Positions 33,839 to 52,922 of a DNA stretch of 64,000 bases are shown piece after piece. This DNA is from Escherichia coli (GTDB taxonomy: Bacteria; Pseudomonadota; Gammaproteobacteria; Enterobacterales; Enterobacteriaceae). Below the pieces are notes generated by a model. It had not been told where the DNA came from. It did not search any database and saw only the letters and a list, made by a program, of their open reading frames with translations. Within the stretch, counting starts at the first letter, position 1. Each line of letters opens with the position of its first letter. Location: assembly GCF_003334815.1 (NCBI RefSeq), contig NZ_QOWO01000010.1; one strand, 5' to 3'. The position numbers were made by a program, and so were the translations under genes.

Positions 33839-33880
33839 CACTACGCGCACGATGGTCAAGTCACCACGACTGTGCTATAA

Positions 33881-36243
<2,363 letters not shown>

Positions 36244-36356
36244 GACCTGCTCCTCACCTGATTAATTTTTTCTTTCTGTTTTGCTTTCGTTAAGCAACTT
36301 TTAGCTCACTTATTATTTACCATTTGATAACAAATGTTTGGTCTTTCGTGCCATGT

Positions 36357-36380
36357 AAAAAAACCGCCCCGAAGGGCGGC
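36357..36380 (-). terminator. Rho-independent terminator downstream of fumA
   Basis: On the minus strand: GC-rich stem CCGCCC/GGGCGG with a 4-nt loop, followed by a run of seven U. Lies immediately 3' of the fumA stop. Confidence 0.8.
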
Positions 36381-36385
36381 TCTGT

Positions 36386-38032
36386 TTATTTCACACAGCG
36401 GGTGCATTGTGTGAGTTGTATCTGCTGGAAGAAGTCATTTCCTTTATCATCCACAAGGATAAACGCCGGGAAATCTTCCACTTCAATTTTCCAGATGGCT
36501 TCCATTCCCAGTTCCGGATATTCAACACATTCCAGGCTCTTAATACTTCCCTGCGCCAATACAGCGGCCGGACCACCGATACTGCCAAGGTAGAAGCCGC
36601 CGTGTTTTTTACAGGCATCCGTCACCTGCTGGCTGCGGTTGCCTTTCGCCAGCATGATCATACTTCCGCCCTGCGCTTGCAGTTGATCGACATAAGAATC
36701 CATCCGTCCGGCGGTCGTTGGGCCAAGAGAACCGGAGGCATAACCTTCCGGCGTTTTGGCCGGACCCGCGTAGTAAATCGGATGATCTTTGATGTACTGC
36801 GGCAGCCCTTCACCGTTATCCATCCGCTCTTTCAGTTTGGCGTGAGCAATATCACGACCGACGATAATCGTGCCGTTAAGCGATAAGCGTGTAGAAACGG
36901 GATACTGCGACAACTGTGCGAGGATCTCTTTCATCGGACGGTTAAGGTCAACGCGCACCGCTTCGCCTTCTCCCGCTTTGCGCAGCTCTTCCGGGATATA
37001 TTTGCCTGGATTATGTTCCAGTTTTTCGATCCAGATCCCCTGACGGTTGATCTTCGCTTTGATATTACGGTCAGCAGAGCAGGAGACGCCCATACCGACC
37101 GGGCAGGATGCGCCGTGACGTGGCAGGCGAATCACGCGGATGTCGTGAGCGAAGTATTTACCACCAAACTGCGCACCCAGACCAAGATTTTGCGCTTCGA
37201 TCAGCAATTCTTTTTCCAGTTCCACATCGCGGAACGCCTGACCGTGCTCATTCCCTTCCGTTGGCAGTTCATCATAGTATTTCGCGGAAGCCAGTTTCAC
37301 CGTTTTAAGGTTCGTTTCTGCAGAAGTTCCACCAATAACGAACGCAATATGATACGGAGGACAGGCCGCCGTACCCAGCGTGCGCATCTTCTCAACCAGG
37401 TAATTTTTCAGTTTCCCCGGCGTCAGTAACGCTTTGGTTTCCTGATAGAGATACGTCTTGTTTGCCGAACCACCACCTTTGGCGATACAGAGGAATTTGT
37501 ATTCGTCGCCATCAACGGCATAAAGATCGATCTGCGCTGGCAGATTGGTGCCGGTATTCACTTCTTTATACATATCCAGCGGCGCGTTTTGCGAGTAGCG
37601 CAGATTATCTTCGATATAAGTGTTATAGACACCGCGCGCCAGCGCCGCTTCATCACCACCACCGGTCCATACACGCTGCCCTTTTTTACCAACAATAATC
37701 GCGGTGCCGGTATCCTGACAGGTTGGCAGAACGCCTTTCGCCGCGATGTCGGAGTTACGCAGGAATTGCAGCGCCACATATTTATCATTTTCGCTGGCCT
37801 CCGGGTCACGCAGAATGTCGGCCACCTGTTGTTGGTGCGCCGGACGCAGCATGAACGACGCATCATGAAACGCCTGGCGCGCCAACAGAGTTAACGCTTC
37901 GGGTGCGACTTTCAAAATCTCCTGCCCTTCAAATTCAGATACGCTAACGTGTTCGCTGGTTAGCAGGTAATACTCAGTATCATCTTTTTTGAGTGGAAAA
38001 GGAGCCTGATAATGAAAGGGTTTGTTTGACAT
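36386..38032 (-). CDS. fumA: Class I (Fe-S dependent) fumarate hydratase (fumarase A)
   Basis: 548-aa ORF; recognised as FumA, a class I fumarase with conserved Cys residues. Confidence 0.95.
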   Translation of the reverse strand: MSNKPFHYQAPFPLKKDDTEYYLLTSEHVSVSEFEGQEILKVAPEALTLLARQAFHDASFMLRPAHQQQVADILRDPEASENDKYVALQFLRNSDIAAKGVLPTCQDTGTAIIVGKKGQRVWTGGGDEAALARGVYNTYIEDNLRYSQNAPLDMYKEVNTGTNLPAQIDLYAVDGDEYKFLCIAKGGGSANKTYLYQETKALLTPGKLKNYLVEKMRTLGTAACPPYHIAFVIGGTSAETNLKTVKLASAKYYDELPTEGNEHGQAFRDVELEKELLIEAQNLGLGAQFGGKYFAHDIRVIRLPRHGASCPVGMGVSCSADRNIKAKINRQGIWIEKLEHNPGKYIPEELRKAGEGEAVRVDLNRPMKEILAQLSQYPVSTRLSLNGTIIVGRDIAHAKLKERMDNGEGLPQYIKDHPIYYAGPAKTPEGYASGSLGPTTAGRMDSYVDQLQAQGGSMIMLAKGNRSQQVTDACKKHGGFYLGSIGGPAAVLAQGSIKSLECVEYPELGMEAIWKIEVEDFPAFILVDDKGNDFFQQIQLTQCTRCVK

Positions 38033-38230
38033 TGTTCTCTCACTTACTGCCTGGTTTGGTTATGCTCTGGGCGGGTGTTCCGTTGCCCTGTTAAAAGCGA
38101 GTAACAATATCCTACACACTTTTTTAACAAAAACTGAGACTAGTACGACTTTTTGCGGCTCCAGGTTACTTCCCGTAGGATTCTTGCTTTAATAGTGGGA
38201 TTAATTTCCACATTAAAACAGGGATTGATC

Positions 38231-39406
38231 ATGCAAAAACTCATTAACTCAGTGCAAAACTATGCCTGGGGCAGCAAAACGGCGTTGACTGAACTTTATG
38301 GTATGGAAAATCCGTCCAGCCAGCCGATGGCCGAGCTGTGGATGGGCGCACATCCGAAAAGCAGTTCACGAGTGCAGAATGCCGCCGGAGATATCGTTTC
38401 ACTGCGTGATGTGATTGAGAGTGATAAATCGACTCTGCTCGGAGAGGCCGTTGCCAAACGCTTTGGCGAACTGCCTTTCCTGTTCAAAGTATTATGCGCA
38501 GCACAGCCACTCTCCATTCAGGTTCATCCAAACAAACACAATTCTGAAATCGGTTTTGCCAAAGAAAATGCCGCAGGTATCCCGATGGATGCCGCCGAGC
38601 GTAACTATAAAGATCCTAACCACAAGCCGGAGCTGGTTTTTGCGCTGACGCCTTTCCTTGCGATGAACGCGTTTCGTGAATTTTCCGAGATTGTCTCCCT
38701 ACTCCAGCCGGTCGCAGGTGCACATCCGGCGATTGCTCACTTTTTACAACAGCCTGATGCCGAACGTTTAAGCGAACTGTTCGCCAGCCTGTTGAATATG
38801 CAGGGTGAAGAAAAATCCCGCGCGCTGGCGATTTTAAAATCGGCCCTCGATAGCCAGCAGGGTGAACCGTGGCAAACGATTCGTTTAATTTCTGAATTTT
38901 ACCCGGAAGACAGCGGTCTGTTCTCCCCGCTATTGCTGAATGTGGTGAAATTGAACCCTGGCGAAGCGATGTTCCTGTTCGCTGAAACACCGCACGCTTA
39001 CCTGCAAGGCGTGGCGCTGGAAGTGATGGCAAACTCCGATAACGTGCTGCGTGCGGGTCTGACGCCTAAATACATTGATATTCCGGAACTGGTTGCCAAT
39101 GTGAAATTCGAAGCCAAACCGGCTAACCAGTTGTTGACCCAGCCGGTGAAACAAGGTGCAGAACTGGACTTCCCGATTCCAGTGGATGATTTTGCCTTCT
39201 CGCTGCATGACCTTAGTGATAAAGAAACCACCATTAGCCAGCAGAGTGCCGCCATTTTGTTCTGCGTCGAAGGCGATGCAACGTTGTGGAAAGGTTCTCA
39301 GCAGTTACAGCTTAAACCGGGTGAATCAGCGTTTATTGCCGCCAACGAATCACCGGTGACTGTCAAAGGCCACGGCCGTTTAGCGCGTGTTTACAACAAG
39401 CTGTAA
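38231..39406 (+). CDS. manA: Mannose-6-phosphate isomerase, type I
   Basis: ORF 38153..39406 trimmed to the ATG at 38231 (MQKLINSVQNYAWGSK, 391 aa). PMI type I signature. Confidence 0.95.
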   Translation: MQKLINSVQNYAWGSKTALTELYGMENPSSQPMAELWMGAHPKSSSRVQNAAGDIVSLRDVIESDKSTLLGEAVAKRFGELPFLFKVLCAAQPLSIQVHPNKHNSEIGFAKENAAGIPMDAAERNYKDPNHKPELVFALTPFLAMNAFREFSEIVSLLQPVAGAHPAIAHFLQQPDAERLSELFASLLNMQGEEKSRALAILKSALDSQQGEPWQTIRLISEFYPEDSGLFSPLLLNVVKLNPGEAMFLFAETPHAYLQGVALEVMANSDNVLRAGLTPKYIDIPELVANVKFEAKPANQLLTQPVKQGAELDFPIPVDDFAFSLHDLSDKETTISQQSAAILFCVEGDATLWKGSQQLQLKPGESAFIAANESPVTVKGHGRLARVYNKL

Positions 39407-39463
39407 GAGCTTACTGAAAAAATTAACATCTCTTGCTAAGCTTATTAAAGGCTTATAACACCT

Positions 39464-39493
39464 TCAGGCGGCCAGTCCGCCTGATTTCATTTT
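39464..39493 (+). terminator. Rho-independent terminator after manA
   Basis: Stem TCAGGCGG/CCGCCTGA followed by a T-rich tract (TTTCATTTT). Confidence 0.6.
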
Positions 39494-39506
39494 ATGGATA
39501 ATCATT

Positions 39507-41015
39507 ATGAATAAATCGCTGGTAGCGGTAGGCGTCATTGTTGCGCTAGGCGTAGTCTGGACAGGCGGCGCATGGTATACAGGCAAGAAGATTGAAACCC
39601 ATCTCGAAGACATGGTCGCGCAGGCGAACGCGCAACTCAAACTGACAGCTCCTGAATCCAACCTGGAAGTGAGTTATCAAAACTATCATCGCGGCGTATT
39701 CAGCAGCCAGTTGCAACTGTTGGTGAAACCCATTGCCGGGAAAGAAAATCCGTGGATTAAAAGCGGTCAGAGCGTCATCTTCAACGAATCGGTTGATCAT
39801 GGTCCCTTCCCGCTTGCCCAGCTTAAAAAACTGAACCTGATCCCGTCGATGGCATCAATTCAAACCACGCTGGTTAATAACGAAGTAAGCAAACCACTGT
39901 TTGATATGGCAAAAGGTGAAACGCCTTTTGAGATTAACTCGCGCATTGGTTACAGCGGTGATTCCAGTTCCGATATTTCGCTCAAGCCACTGAATTACGA
40001 GCAAAAGGATGAAAAAGTCGCCTTTAGCGGCGGCGAGTTCCAGTTAAATGCTGACAGAGACGGCAAAGCCATCTCCCTTTCCGGGGAGGCGCAAAGTGGT
40101 CGGATAGACGCAGTTAACGAATACAACCAGAAAGTGCAGTTGACCTTTAATAATCTGAAAACCGACGGTTCCAGCACGCTGGCAAGTTTTGGTGAGCGTG
40201 TAGGAAATCAAAAACTGTCACTGGAAAAAATGACCATTTCAGTGGAAGGCAAAGAACTGGCACTGCTGGAAGGCATGGAGATCAGCGGTAAATCGGATCT
40301 GGTCAATGACGGTAAAACGATCAATAGCCAACTGGATTACTCGCTAAACAGCCTGAAGGTACAGAATCAGGATCTGGGCAGCGGCAAGCTGACTTTAAAA
40401 GTCGGCCAGATTGATGGTGAAGCCTGGCATCAGTTTAGCCAGCAATATAACGCGCAAACTCAGGCGCTGCTGGCACAGCCAGAAATTGCCAACAACCCCG
40501 AACTTTATCAGGAGAAAGTGACGGAAGCCTTCTTTAGCGCCCTGCCGCTGATGCTGAAAGGCGATCCGGTGATTACTATCGCGCCGCTAAGCTGGAAAAA
40601 CAGTCAGGGTGAAAGTGCCCTGAATCTGTCGCTGTTCCTGAAAGATCCGGCAACGACTAAAGAAGCGCCGCAAACGCTGGCGCAGGAAGTAGATCGTTCG
40701 GTTAAATCTCTGGATGCGAAACTGACCATTCCGGTGGATATGGCAACTGAGTTTATGACTCAGGTAGCGAAGCTGGAAGGTTATCAGGAAGATCAAGCGA
40801 AAAAACTGGCGAAACAGCAAGTTGAAGGTGCATCAGCAATGGGGCAGATGTTCCGTCTGACCACCTTGCAGGACAATACCATCACCACCAGCCTGCAATA
40901 TGCTAACGGTCAGATAACGTTAAATGGGCAGAAAATGTCGTTAGAAGATTTTGTTGGCATGTTTGCGATGCCAGCTCTTAACGTTCCGGCTGTACCGGCA
41001 ATTCCGCAGCAGTAA
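39507..41015 (+). CDS. ydgA: DUF945-family periplasmic/membrane-anchored protein
   Basis: 502-aa ORF with an N-terminal signal/anchor sequence; recognised as YdgA. Confidence 0.8.
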   Translation: MNKSLVAVGVIVALGVVWTGGAWYTGKKIETHLEDMVAQANAQLKLTAPESNLEVSYQNYHRGVFSSQLQLLVKPIAGKENPWIKSGQSVIFNESVDHGPFPLAQLKKLNLIPSMASIQTTLVNNEVSKPLFDMAKGETPFEINSRIGYSGDSSSDISLKPLNYEQKDEKVAFSGGEFQLNADRDGKAISLSGEAQSGRIDAVNEYNQKVQLTFNNLKTDGSSTLASFGERVGNQKLSLEKMTISVEGKELALLEGMEISGKSDLVNDGKTINSQLDYSLNSLKVQNQDLGSGKLTLKVGQIDGEAWHQFSQQYNAQTQALLAQPEIANNPELYQEKVTEAFFSALPLMLKGDPVITIAPLSWKNSQGESALNLSLFLKDPATTKEAPQTLAQEVDRSVKSLDAKLTIPVDMATEFMTQVAKLEGYQEDQAKKLAKQQVEGASAMGQMFRLTTLQDNTITTSLQYANGQITLNGQKMSLEDFVGMFAMPALNVPAVPAIPQQ

Positions 41016-41026
41016 TTCACGGCCAA

Positions 41027-41058
41027 AACGCCGGAGAATTTTCACTCCGGCGTTTTCA
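41027..41058 (+). terminator. Rho-independent terminator after ydgA
   Basis: Stem CGCCGGAG/CTCCGGCG followed by TTTTCATC. Confidence 0.6.
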
Positions 41059-41079
41059 TCTGAAAACAAACCAGAGATT

Positions 41080-41177
41080 GCCTGATGCGCTACGCTTATC
41101 AGGCCTACCTTTTCCTGCAACACTTTGAATTTATGAGTTTTTGTAGGCTGGATAAGGCGTTTACGCCGCATCCGGCA
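41080..41177. repeat. Pair of REP (repetitive extragenic palindromic) elements forming a BIME-like unit
   Basis: REP1 at 41080-41108 (GCCTGATGCGCTACGCTTATCAGGCCTAC) and REP2 at 41143-41177 (GTAGGCTGGATAAGGCGTTTACGCCGCATCCGGCA) in inverted orientation. Both resemble E. coli REP consensus sequences. Confidence 0.7.
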
Positions 41178-41207
41178 TAAAAAACGCGCACTTTGTCAAC
41201 AATCTGA

Positions 41208-41242
41208 AACGCCGGAGATTTTTCTCTCCGGCGTTATTTTTT
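41208..41242. terminator. Hairpin plus T-run at the uidC 3' end (bidirectional terminator candidate)
   Basis: Stem CGCCGGAGA/TCTCCGGCG followed by TTATTTTTT. Nearly identical to the hairpin at 41027-41058. Confidence 0.5.
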
Positions 41243-42506
41243 ACTTCAGCATAAAGTCATACTGAATACTCATTTTCACATCCCAGTAATTCAGGCGATC
41301 GCCCAGCGTACTGCCATCGCGCTTTTCCCGCCCTTTATCGGCAGCAAGAAAGAAATTCATCCCTTGTAACGGCCCTTCGCTGACCCGATAGTTCATACCA
41401 CCTAAGATACCCGTGCCTTCAATCCGCACATCTCGTTTACTGGATTCATAGCCGCGAGTCACAATCGGTGCAAATGTCAGCGTAAATTGCGGCGTTAAAC
41501 GATAGTTGACGCCCAATTGCCAGGACTGCATTCCTTCACGGTTACGATCAAGACTTAATGAAAAGGGATAGCCAATGTCGGTATCCACCACGGCACCATT
41601 CATTGCATGGCGCAAATAACCACCACTGCCAAATACACTTCCCCACGGCGCATTCCAGGTCAATTGTCCACTAACCAACGCCGTTTCATTGGGCTGGCTG
41701 GTATTACGACTTAAACCTTCGAGCTGCGCGTAAAAGCCGAGCAACTCCCCTTTCAACGTATAATTCGGGTCGAGCGGTATGCTTTTCTCGAGAATACTTT
41801 GTATCTGATTGGAAACATCTTTCTGTACCGATGCCCCCAGAGAATAGCGACTGGTATCATCATGCCAACTGGCGGCTAAAAAAGAACGTGCGCGATGTTT
41901 ATCGTATTTTCCCGTCTGGCTGTTATACACCCCTTCATCACGAATACCGGTTGTTGAATCAGTCCATAAAAATACTCGTGAACGCCACATTCCCCACAGA
42001 TCAATATTTGGTGTTAAAGCCCAATAACCTAATGCTCCTTCAGAAACTGTCGGTAATGTACGTTGCGAACTGCCAGCCATTAACGGAATACGATAAGGTA
42101 AGCTACCATAACTATAATCCGTCCCGAAGCGACCTAATTTAAGCAGGCTATTTTCACTGGGTTTTATTTTTACTGCCCCCAGGGCAAAGCCAAAACTTTT
42201 ATCACCATCAAGATACCACCGGGTACTCATATCAGCACGAGCACCTAATTTATAAACATAATACGCCCCGCCTTCAACGCCAATAATATTGGAATAATAA
42301 CCACTATTGAAATCGAGCAATCCTCCCTGTACCCATGCGTAAATATCTCTTCCCGCGCCAGCACTGGGCTTATCCGCCCTGCGCAATTCGTTTTTCAGTC
42401 TGATGCGTAGTCCCGCTTCATCGTCAGCCAGTTGCGCCGCATAAGCAGAGGTAAGGCCAGAGGCAGCCGTCAGGCAAATAACGGCCATGGCCACTATTTT
42501 TCTCAT
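41241..42506 (-). CDS. uidC: Outer-membrane beta-barrel porin of the glucuronide utilisation operon
   Basis: 421-aa ORF with a signal peptide and a C-terminal aromatic residue typical of OM beta-barrels. Downstream of uidB. Confidence 0.85.
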   Translation of the reverse strand: MRKIVAMAVICLTAASGLTSAYAAQLADDEAGLRIRLKNELRRADKPSAGAGRDIYAWVQGGLLDFNSGYYSNIIGVEGGAYYVYKLGARADMSTRWYLDGDKSFGFALGAVKIKPSENSLLKLGRFGTDYSYGSLPYRIPLMAGSSQRTLPTVSEGALGYWALTPNIDLWGMWRSRVFLWTDSTTGIRDEGVYNSQTGKYDKHRARSFLAASWHDDTSRYSLGASVQKDVSNQIQSILEKSIPLDPNYTLKGELLGFYAQLEGLSRNTSQPNETALVSGQLTWNAPWGSVFGSGGYLRHAMNGAVVDTDIGYPFSLSLDRNREGMQSWQLGVNYRLTPQFTLTFAPIVTRGYESSKRDVRIEGTGILGGMNYRVSEGPLQGMNFFLAADKGREKRDGSTLGDRLNYWDVKMSIQYDFMLK

Positions 42507-42544
42507 AGTTGCACCTTTGATGTTCTGATTATTTTTATTGAATA

Positions 42545-45777
<3,233 letters not shown>

Positions 45778-45787
45778 TTAACCAATT

Positions 45788-45802
45788 CTGTGTTGCACAC
45801 AG
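45788..45802. promoter_or_regulatory. Inverted repeat in the uidA promoter region (candidate UidR/UxuR operator)
   Basis: Perfect 6-3-6 inverted repeat CTGTGT-TGC-ACACAG, 62-76 bp upstream of the uidA start codon. Confidence 0.35.
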
Positions 45803-46116
45803 TTATCTGTGAGAAACCCATGGAAGAGAAATGGAAATAAAAAGAACTGACACCGCGATCAAAAAACCAAAAACTGCAATACCCACAGCGTGATATAGAT
45901 CGCATTAATCTTTAAAACAGCGTTGACAGAAGCCATAAAATAAGCAACCGAACGTTCGTTCGAGCGTATTGGGAACGATAAACTCTCATGACATATGGCT
46001 ACAGTGAATATTTTGGGGGGAATTCTCCGAAGCTGGGAAGGATAATTTTTGCACAGAGAAATTACGATATGAAACGCGGGCACAGTTATCACCAGCCCGC
46101 CGAAAAAGAGAGAGAA

Positions 46117-46707
46117 TCAGGATGCGGTTAAGATACCGCCAATCATCGCGCGTAATCCCTGAGCAAACGACGCTTCACGCGCCAGGTCTTCCGCTTCGAT
46201 ATCGGCCAGTACACCGTAGGTCAGATCCAGCAGTAAACGTGAAGTCATTGCCGTGTTGATGTCTGGGCTTATCTCGCCTTTTTGCTGGGCATCACGCATC
46301 CGCTGGGCAACAAATTCCGTGATCGTCATATGCTTATTTTTAAGCATGGCGGCGACCTGTGGGTTACGCATCCCTTCCGCCATAATTTCAACCACCAGCG
46401 CCCGTTGTCCAAAGGCTTCATGGGTGAGAGAGACAATGGACTCGACCATATAGTCAACGAAATGAATCCCTTCAATCGGTTCCCGGAAACGGGCCAGCGC
46501 CCTCTCCTGGTCCTGTAAGATAATCGCCTGAATCAAGGCTTCTTTGGAGATGAAATGGTGATAGAGCGTCCCGGGACTAATGGCGCAAGATTTACAGATG
46601 GCTTTCATCGAGGCACTGTGAAATCCATTTTCTGAAAAAATCTCTCTGGCAGCATTGAGGATCCGGGTCCGTGTCGGTTGTGCTTCAGTCTGCATGTTAT
46701 CCATCAT
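46117..46707 (-). CDS. uidR: TetR-family repressor of the uid operon
   Basis: 196-aa ORF with an N-terminal TetR HTH. Confidence 0.9.
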   Translation of the reverse strand: MMDNMQTEAQPTRTRILNAAREIFSENGFHSASMKAICKSCAISPGTLYHHFISKEALIQAIILQDQERALARFREPIEGIHFVDYMVESIVSLTHEAFGQRALVVEIMAEGMRNPQVAAMLKNKHMTITEFVAQRMRDAQQKGEISPDINTAMTSRLLLDLTYGVLADIEAEDLAREASFAQGLRAMIGGILTAS

Positions 46708-46927
46708 TAAACCATTATAGTTAGCGTGAATAACTAGTTTACCGCGTTGTCAGGTGAGCGCCTATCATTGCTGTTGAATAGTGCGAAGGCACACTCTATT
46801 CGTATACTTTTCACTCTGAAATTGGTTAACCAATAGCCGTGATTTGGCTGCCAGTTATTTAGCAGAGACGTTGATGAGTTTATCCCGGTAAACAACACGC
46901 ACGGTTGTTTACCGGTCCGTTAGTGTA

Positions 46928-47695
46928 TTAATTGAGCTCCTGTACCCCACCACCGGAGACGGTGAGAATTTGTCCGCTTACCCAGCTCGCAGCAGGCGAG
47001 CAAAGGAACAGCGCTGCGTTAGCAATATCTTGCGGTTGGCCCAGACGTCTGATCGGCGTGTGCTGTAACATTTTTTGTTCAATTTCTGGTGTAATAACGG
47101 ATTTCAGGGCATCGGTTAATATTGCCCCCGGCGCAATGCCATTTACCCGAATATTTTTTTCACCCAGGTCAAACGCCATATTTCTGACCAGATGACTGGC
47201 CGCAGCTTTAGATGATGCATAGGAAGTCATGTTTATATTTTTATTTTCTGCCGCCATAGAAGTGATGGTCAGAATAACGCCACCGCCATTTTTTTCCATT
47301 TCTGGCGCAACAAGTTGTGACAGATGGAAAAAAGAAAACACATTCAGTTCATAAGCACGGCGAAAATCCGCCATTGGCATATCAAACGGTTTAGGTCCAC
47401 CGCCACCGGCGTTGTTAACCAGAATATCAACTTTACCCAGCTTACTGATAGCAAAGTCTGCCAGTGCAGAGAGTTCCTGTTCGGAAGTAATATCACAACG
47501 GCAGGCAAATGCCTGACCACCCAGTTGTTGAATTTCGTCTACAACATGGTTAGCTGCGTCGGCGTTAATATCACTGACCACCACAGATGCGCCAGCTGTC
47601 GCGAATGTAATGGCGATTTCTTTACCAATACCTGCACCCGCACCTGTGATGATGGCGCATTTTCCGTCGAGTCTCAGGTTGTCAGAATTAAACAC
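46928..47695 (-). CDS. hdhA: 7-alpha-hydroxysteroid dehydrogenase (SDR family)
   Basis: 255-aa SDR with a TGAGAGIG cofactor motif and catalytic YASSK. Confidence 0.9.
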   Translation of the reverse strand: MFNSDNLRLDGKCAIITGAGAGIGKEIAITFATAGASVVVSDINADAANHVVDEIQQLGGQAFACRCDITSEQELSALADFAISKLGKVDILVNNAGGGGPKPFDMPMADFRRAYELNVFSFFHLSQLVAPEMEKNGGGVILTITSMAAENKNINMTSYASSKAAASHLVRNMAFDLGEKNIRVNGIAPGAILTDALKSVITPEIEQKMLQHTPIRRLGQPQDIANAALFLCSPAASWVSGQILTVSGGGVQELN

Positions 47696-47806
47696 ATAAA
47701 CCTCCTGTGAACTTCAGTAAAAATAAAAGGCACCGCCTGTGTGCCACATTTTTTATCATTAACCTTGAGGAAAGGACACTACCAGGTATAGCAGATAAAG
47801 AGAGGA

Positions 47807-50602
<2,796 letters not shown>

Positions 50603-50611
50603 GGATAAGAT

Positions 50612-51784
50612 ATGTTCGATTTTTCAAAGGTCGTGGATCGTCATGGCACATGGTGTACACAGTGGGATTATGTCGCTGACCGTTTCGGCACTGCTGACCT
50701 GTTACCGTTCACGATTTCAGACATGGATTTTGCCACTGCCCCCTGCATTATCGAGGCGCTGAATCAGCGCCTGATGCACGGCGTATTTGGCTACAGCCGC
50801 TGGAAAAACGATGAGTTTCTCGCGGCTATTGCCCACTGGTTTTCCACCCAGCATTACACCGCCATCGATTCTCAGACGGTGGTGTATGGCCCTTCTGTCA
50901 TCTATATGGTTTCAGAACTGATTCGTCAGTGGTCTGAAACAGGTGAAGGCGTGGTGATCCACACACCCGCCTATGACGCATTTTACAAGGCCATTGAAGG
51001 TAACCAGCGCACAGTAATGCCCGTTGCTTTAGAGAAGCAGGCTGATGGTTGGTTTTGCGATATGGGCAAGTTGGAAGCCGTGTTGGCGAAACCAGAATGT
51101 AAAATTATGCTCCTGTGTAGCCCACAGAATCCTACCGGGAAAGTGTGGACGTGCGATGAGCTGGAGATCATGGCTGACCTGTGCGAGCGTCATGGTGTGC
51201 GGGTTATTTCCGATGAAATCCATATGGATATGGTTTGGGGCGAGCAGCCGCATATTCCCTGGAGTAATGTGGCTCGCGGAGACTGGGCGTTGCTAACGTC
51301 GGGCTCGAAAAGTTTCAATATTCCCGCCCTGACCGGTGCTTACGGGATTATAGAAAATAGCAGTAGCCGCGATGCCTATTTATCGGCACTGAAAGGCCGT
51401 GATGGGCTTTCTTCCCCTTCGGTACTGGCGTTAACTGCCCATATCGCCGCCTATCAGCAAGGCGCGCCGTGGCTGGATGCCTTACGCATCTATCTGAAAG
51501 ATAACCTGACGTATATCGCAGATAAAATGAACGCCGCGTTTCCTGAACTCAACTGGCAGATCCCACAATCCACTTATCTGGCATGGCTTGATTTACGTCC
51601 GTTGAATATTGACGACAACGCGTTGCAAAAAGCACTTATCGAACAAGAAAAAGTCGCGATCATGCCGGGGTATACCTACGGTGAAGAAGGTCGTGGTTTT
51701 GTCCGTCTCAATGCCGGCTGCCCACGTTCGAAACTGGAAAAAGGTGTGGCTGGATTAATTAACGCCATCCGCGCTGTTCGTTAA
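50612..51784 (+). CDS. malY: PLP-dependent cystathionine beta-lyase / MalT-interacting protein
   Basis: 390-aa class-II aminotransferase-fold protein, 9 bp downstream of malX. Confidence 0.9.
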   Translation: MFDFSKVVDRHGTWCTQWDYVADRFGTADLLPFTISDMDFATAPCIIEALNQRLMHGVFGYSRWKNDEFLAAIAHWFSTQHYTAIDSQTVVYGPSVIYMVSELIRQWSETGEGVVIHTPAYDAFYKAIEGNQRTVMPVALEKQADGWFCDMGKLEAVLAKPECKIMLLCSPQNPTGKVWTCDELEIMADLCERHGVRVISDEIHMDMVWGEQPHIPWSNVARGDWALLTSGSKSFNIPALTGAYGIIENSSSRDAYLSALKGRDGLSSPSVLALTAHIAAYQQGAPWLDALRIYLKDNLTYIADKMNAAFPELNWQIPQSTYLAWLDLRPLNIDDNALQKALIEQEKVAIMPGYTYGEEGRGFVRLNAGCPRSKLEKGVAGLINAIRAVR

Positions 51785-51887
51785 CCCCAATTGCGCAACG
51801 TAAAAAATCTTTGCGCAATCGTGGATTTTTACCCTGCTTTGTTTTTATAATGGTGCGCACTTTTATATCCAGAAAAAGAGTGCGACC

Positions 51888-52889
51888 ATGATTGATACCA
51901 CCCTGCCATTAACTGATATCCATCGCCACCTTGATGGCAACATTCGTCCCCAGACCATTCTTGAACTTGGCCGCCAGTATAATATCTCGCTTCCTGCACA
52001 ATCCCTGGAAACACTGATTCCCCACGTTCAGGTCATTGCCAACGAACCCGATCTGGTGAGCTTTCTGACCAAACTTGACTGGGGCGTTAAAGTTCTCGCC
52101 TCTCTTGATGCCTGTCGCCGCGTGGCATTTGAAAACATTGAAGATGCAGCCCGTCACGGCCTGCACTATGTCGAGCTGCGTTTTTCACCAGGCTACATGG
52201 CAATGGCACATCAGCTGCCTGTAGCGGGTGTTGTCGAAGCGGTGATCGATGGCGTACGTGAAGGTTGCCGCACCTTTGGTGTGCAGGCGAAGCTTATCGG
52301 CATTATGAGCCGGACCTTCGGCGAAGCCGCCTGTCAGCAAGAGCTGGAGGCCTTTTTAGCCCACCGTGACCAGATTACCGCACTTGATTTAGCCGGTGAT
52401 GAACTTGGTTTCCCGGGAAGTCTGTTCCTTTCTCACTTCAACCGCGCGCGTGATGCGGGCTGGCATATTACCGTCCATGCAGGCGAAGCTGCCGGGCCGG
52501 AAAGCATCTGGCAGGCGATTCGTGAACTGGGTGCGGAGCGTATTGGACATGGCGTAAAAGCCATTGAAGATCGGGCGCTGATGGATTTTCTCGCCGAGCA
52601 ACAAATTGGTATTGAATCCTGTCTGACCTCCAATATTCAGACCAGCACCGTAGCAGAGCTGGCTGCACATCCGCTGAAAACGTTCCTTGAGCATGGCATT
52701 CGTGCCAGCATTAACACTGACGATCCCGGCGTACAGGGAGTGGATATCATTCACGAATATACCGTTGCCGCGCCAGCTGCTGGGTTATCCCGCGAGCAAA
52801 TCCGCCAGGCACAGATTAATGGTCTGGAAATGGCTTTCCTCAGCGCTGAGGAAAAACGCGCACTGCGAGAAAAAGTCGCCGCGAAGTAA
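51888..52889 (+). CDS. add: Adenosine deaminase
   Basis: 333-aa ORF with the HxH zinc motif near the N-terminus (DIHRHLDGN) and a C-terminal SINTDDP motif. Confidence 0.95.
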
Positions 52890-52892
52890 CAA

Positions 52893-52920
52893 AATGGATG
52901 GTGCAAATGCACCATCCATT
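52893..52920. terminator. Bidirectional hairpin terminator between convergent add and ydgJ
   Basis: Perfect stem AATGGATGGTGCA/TGCACCATCCATT flanked by A-run and T-run, exactly between the two stop codons (add 52887-52889, ydgJ 52923-52925). Confidence 0.65.
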
Positions 52921-52922
52921 TT

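Noticed and set aside
45859-46092. 77-aa minus-strand ORF in the uidA-uidR intergenic region
   Set aside because: No convincing RBS and no recognisable domain; the region is the uidA promoter/operator. Kept only as a low-interest note in the findings.
46875-46905. Hairpin CCGGTAAACAAC/GTTGTTTACCGG downstream of hdhA
   Set aside because: It is not followed by a U-tract on either strand, so I did not call it a terminator. It may be a regulatory or RNA-stability element, but the evidence is insufficient.
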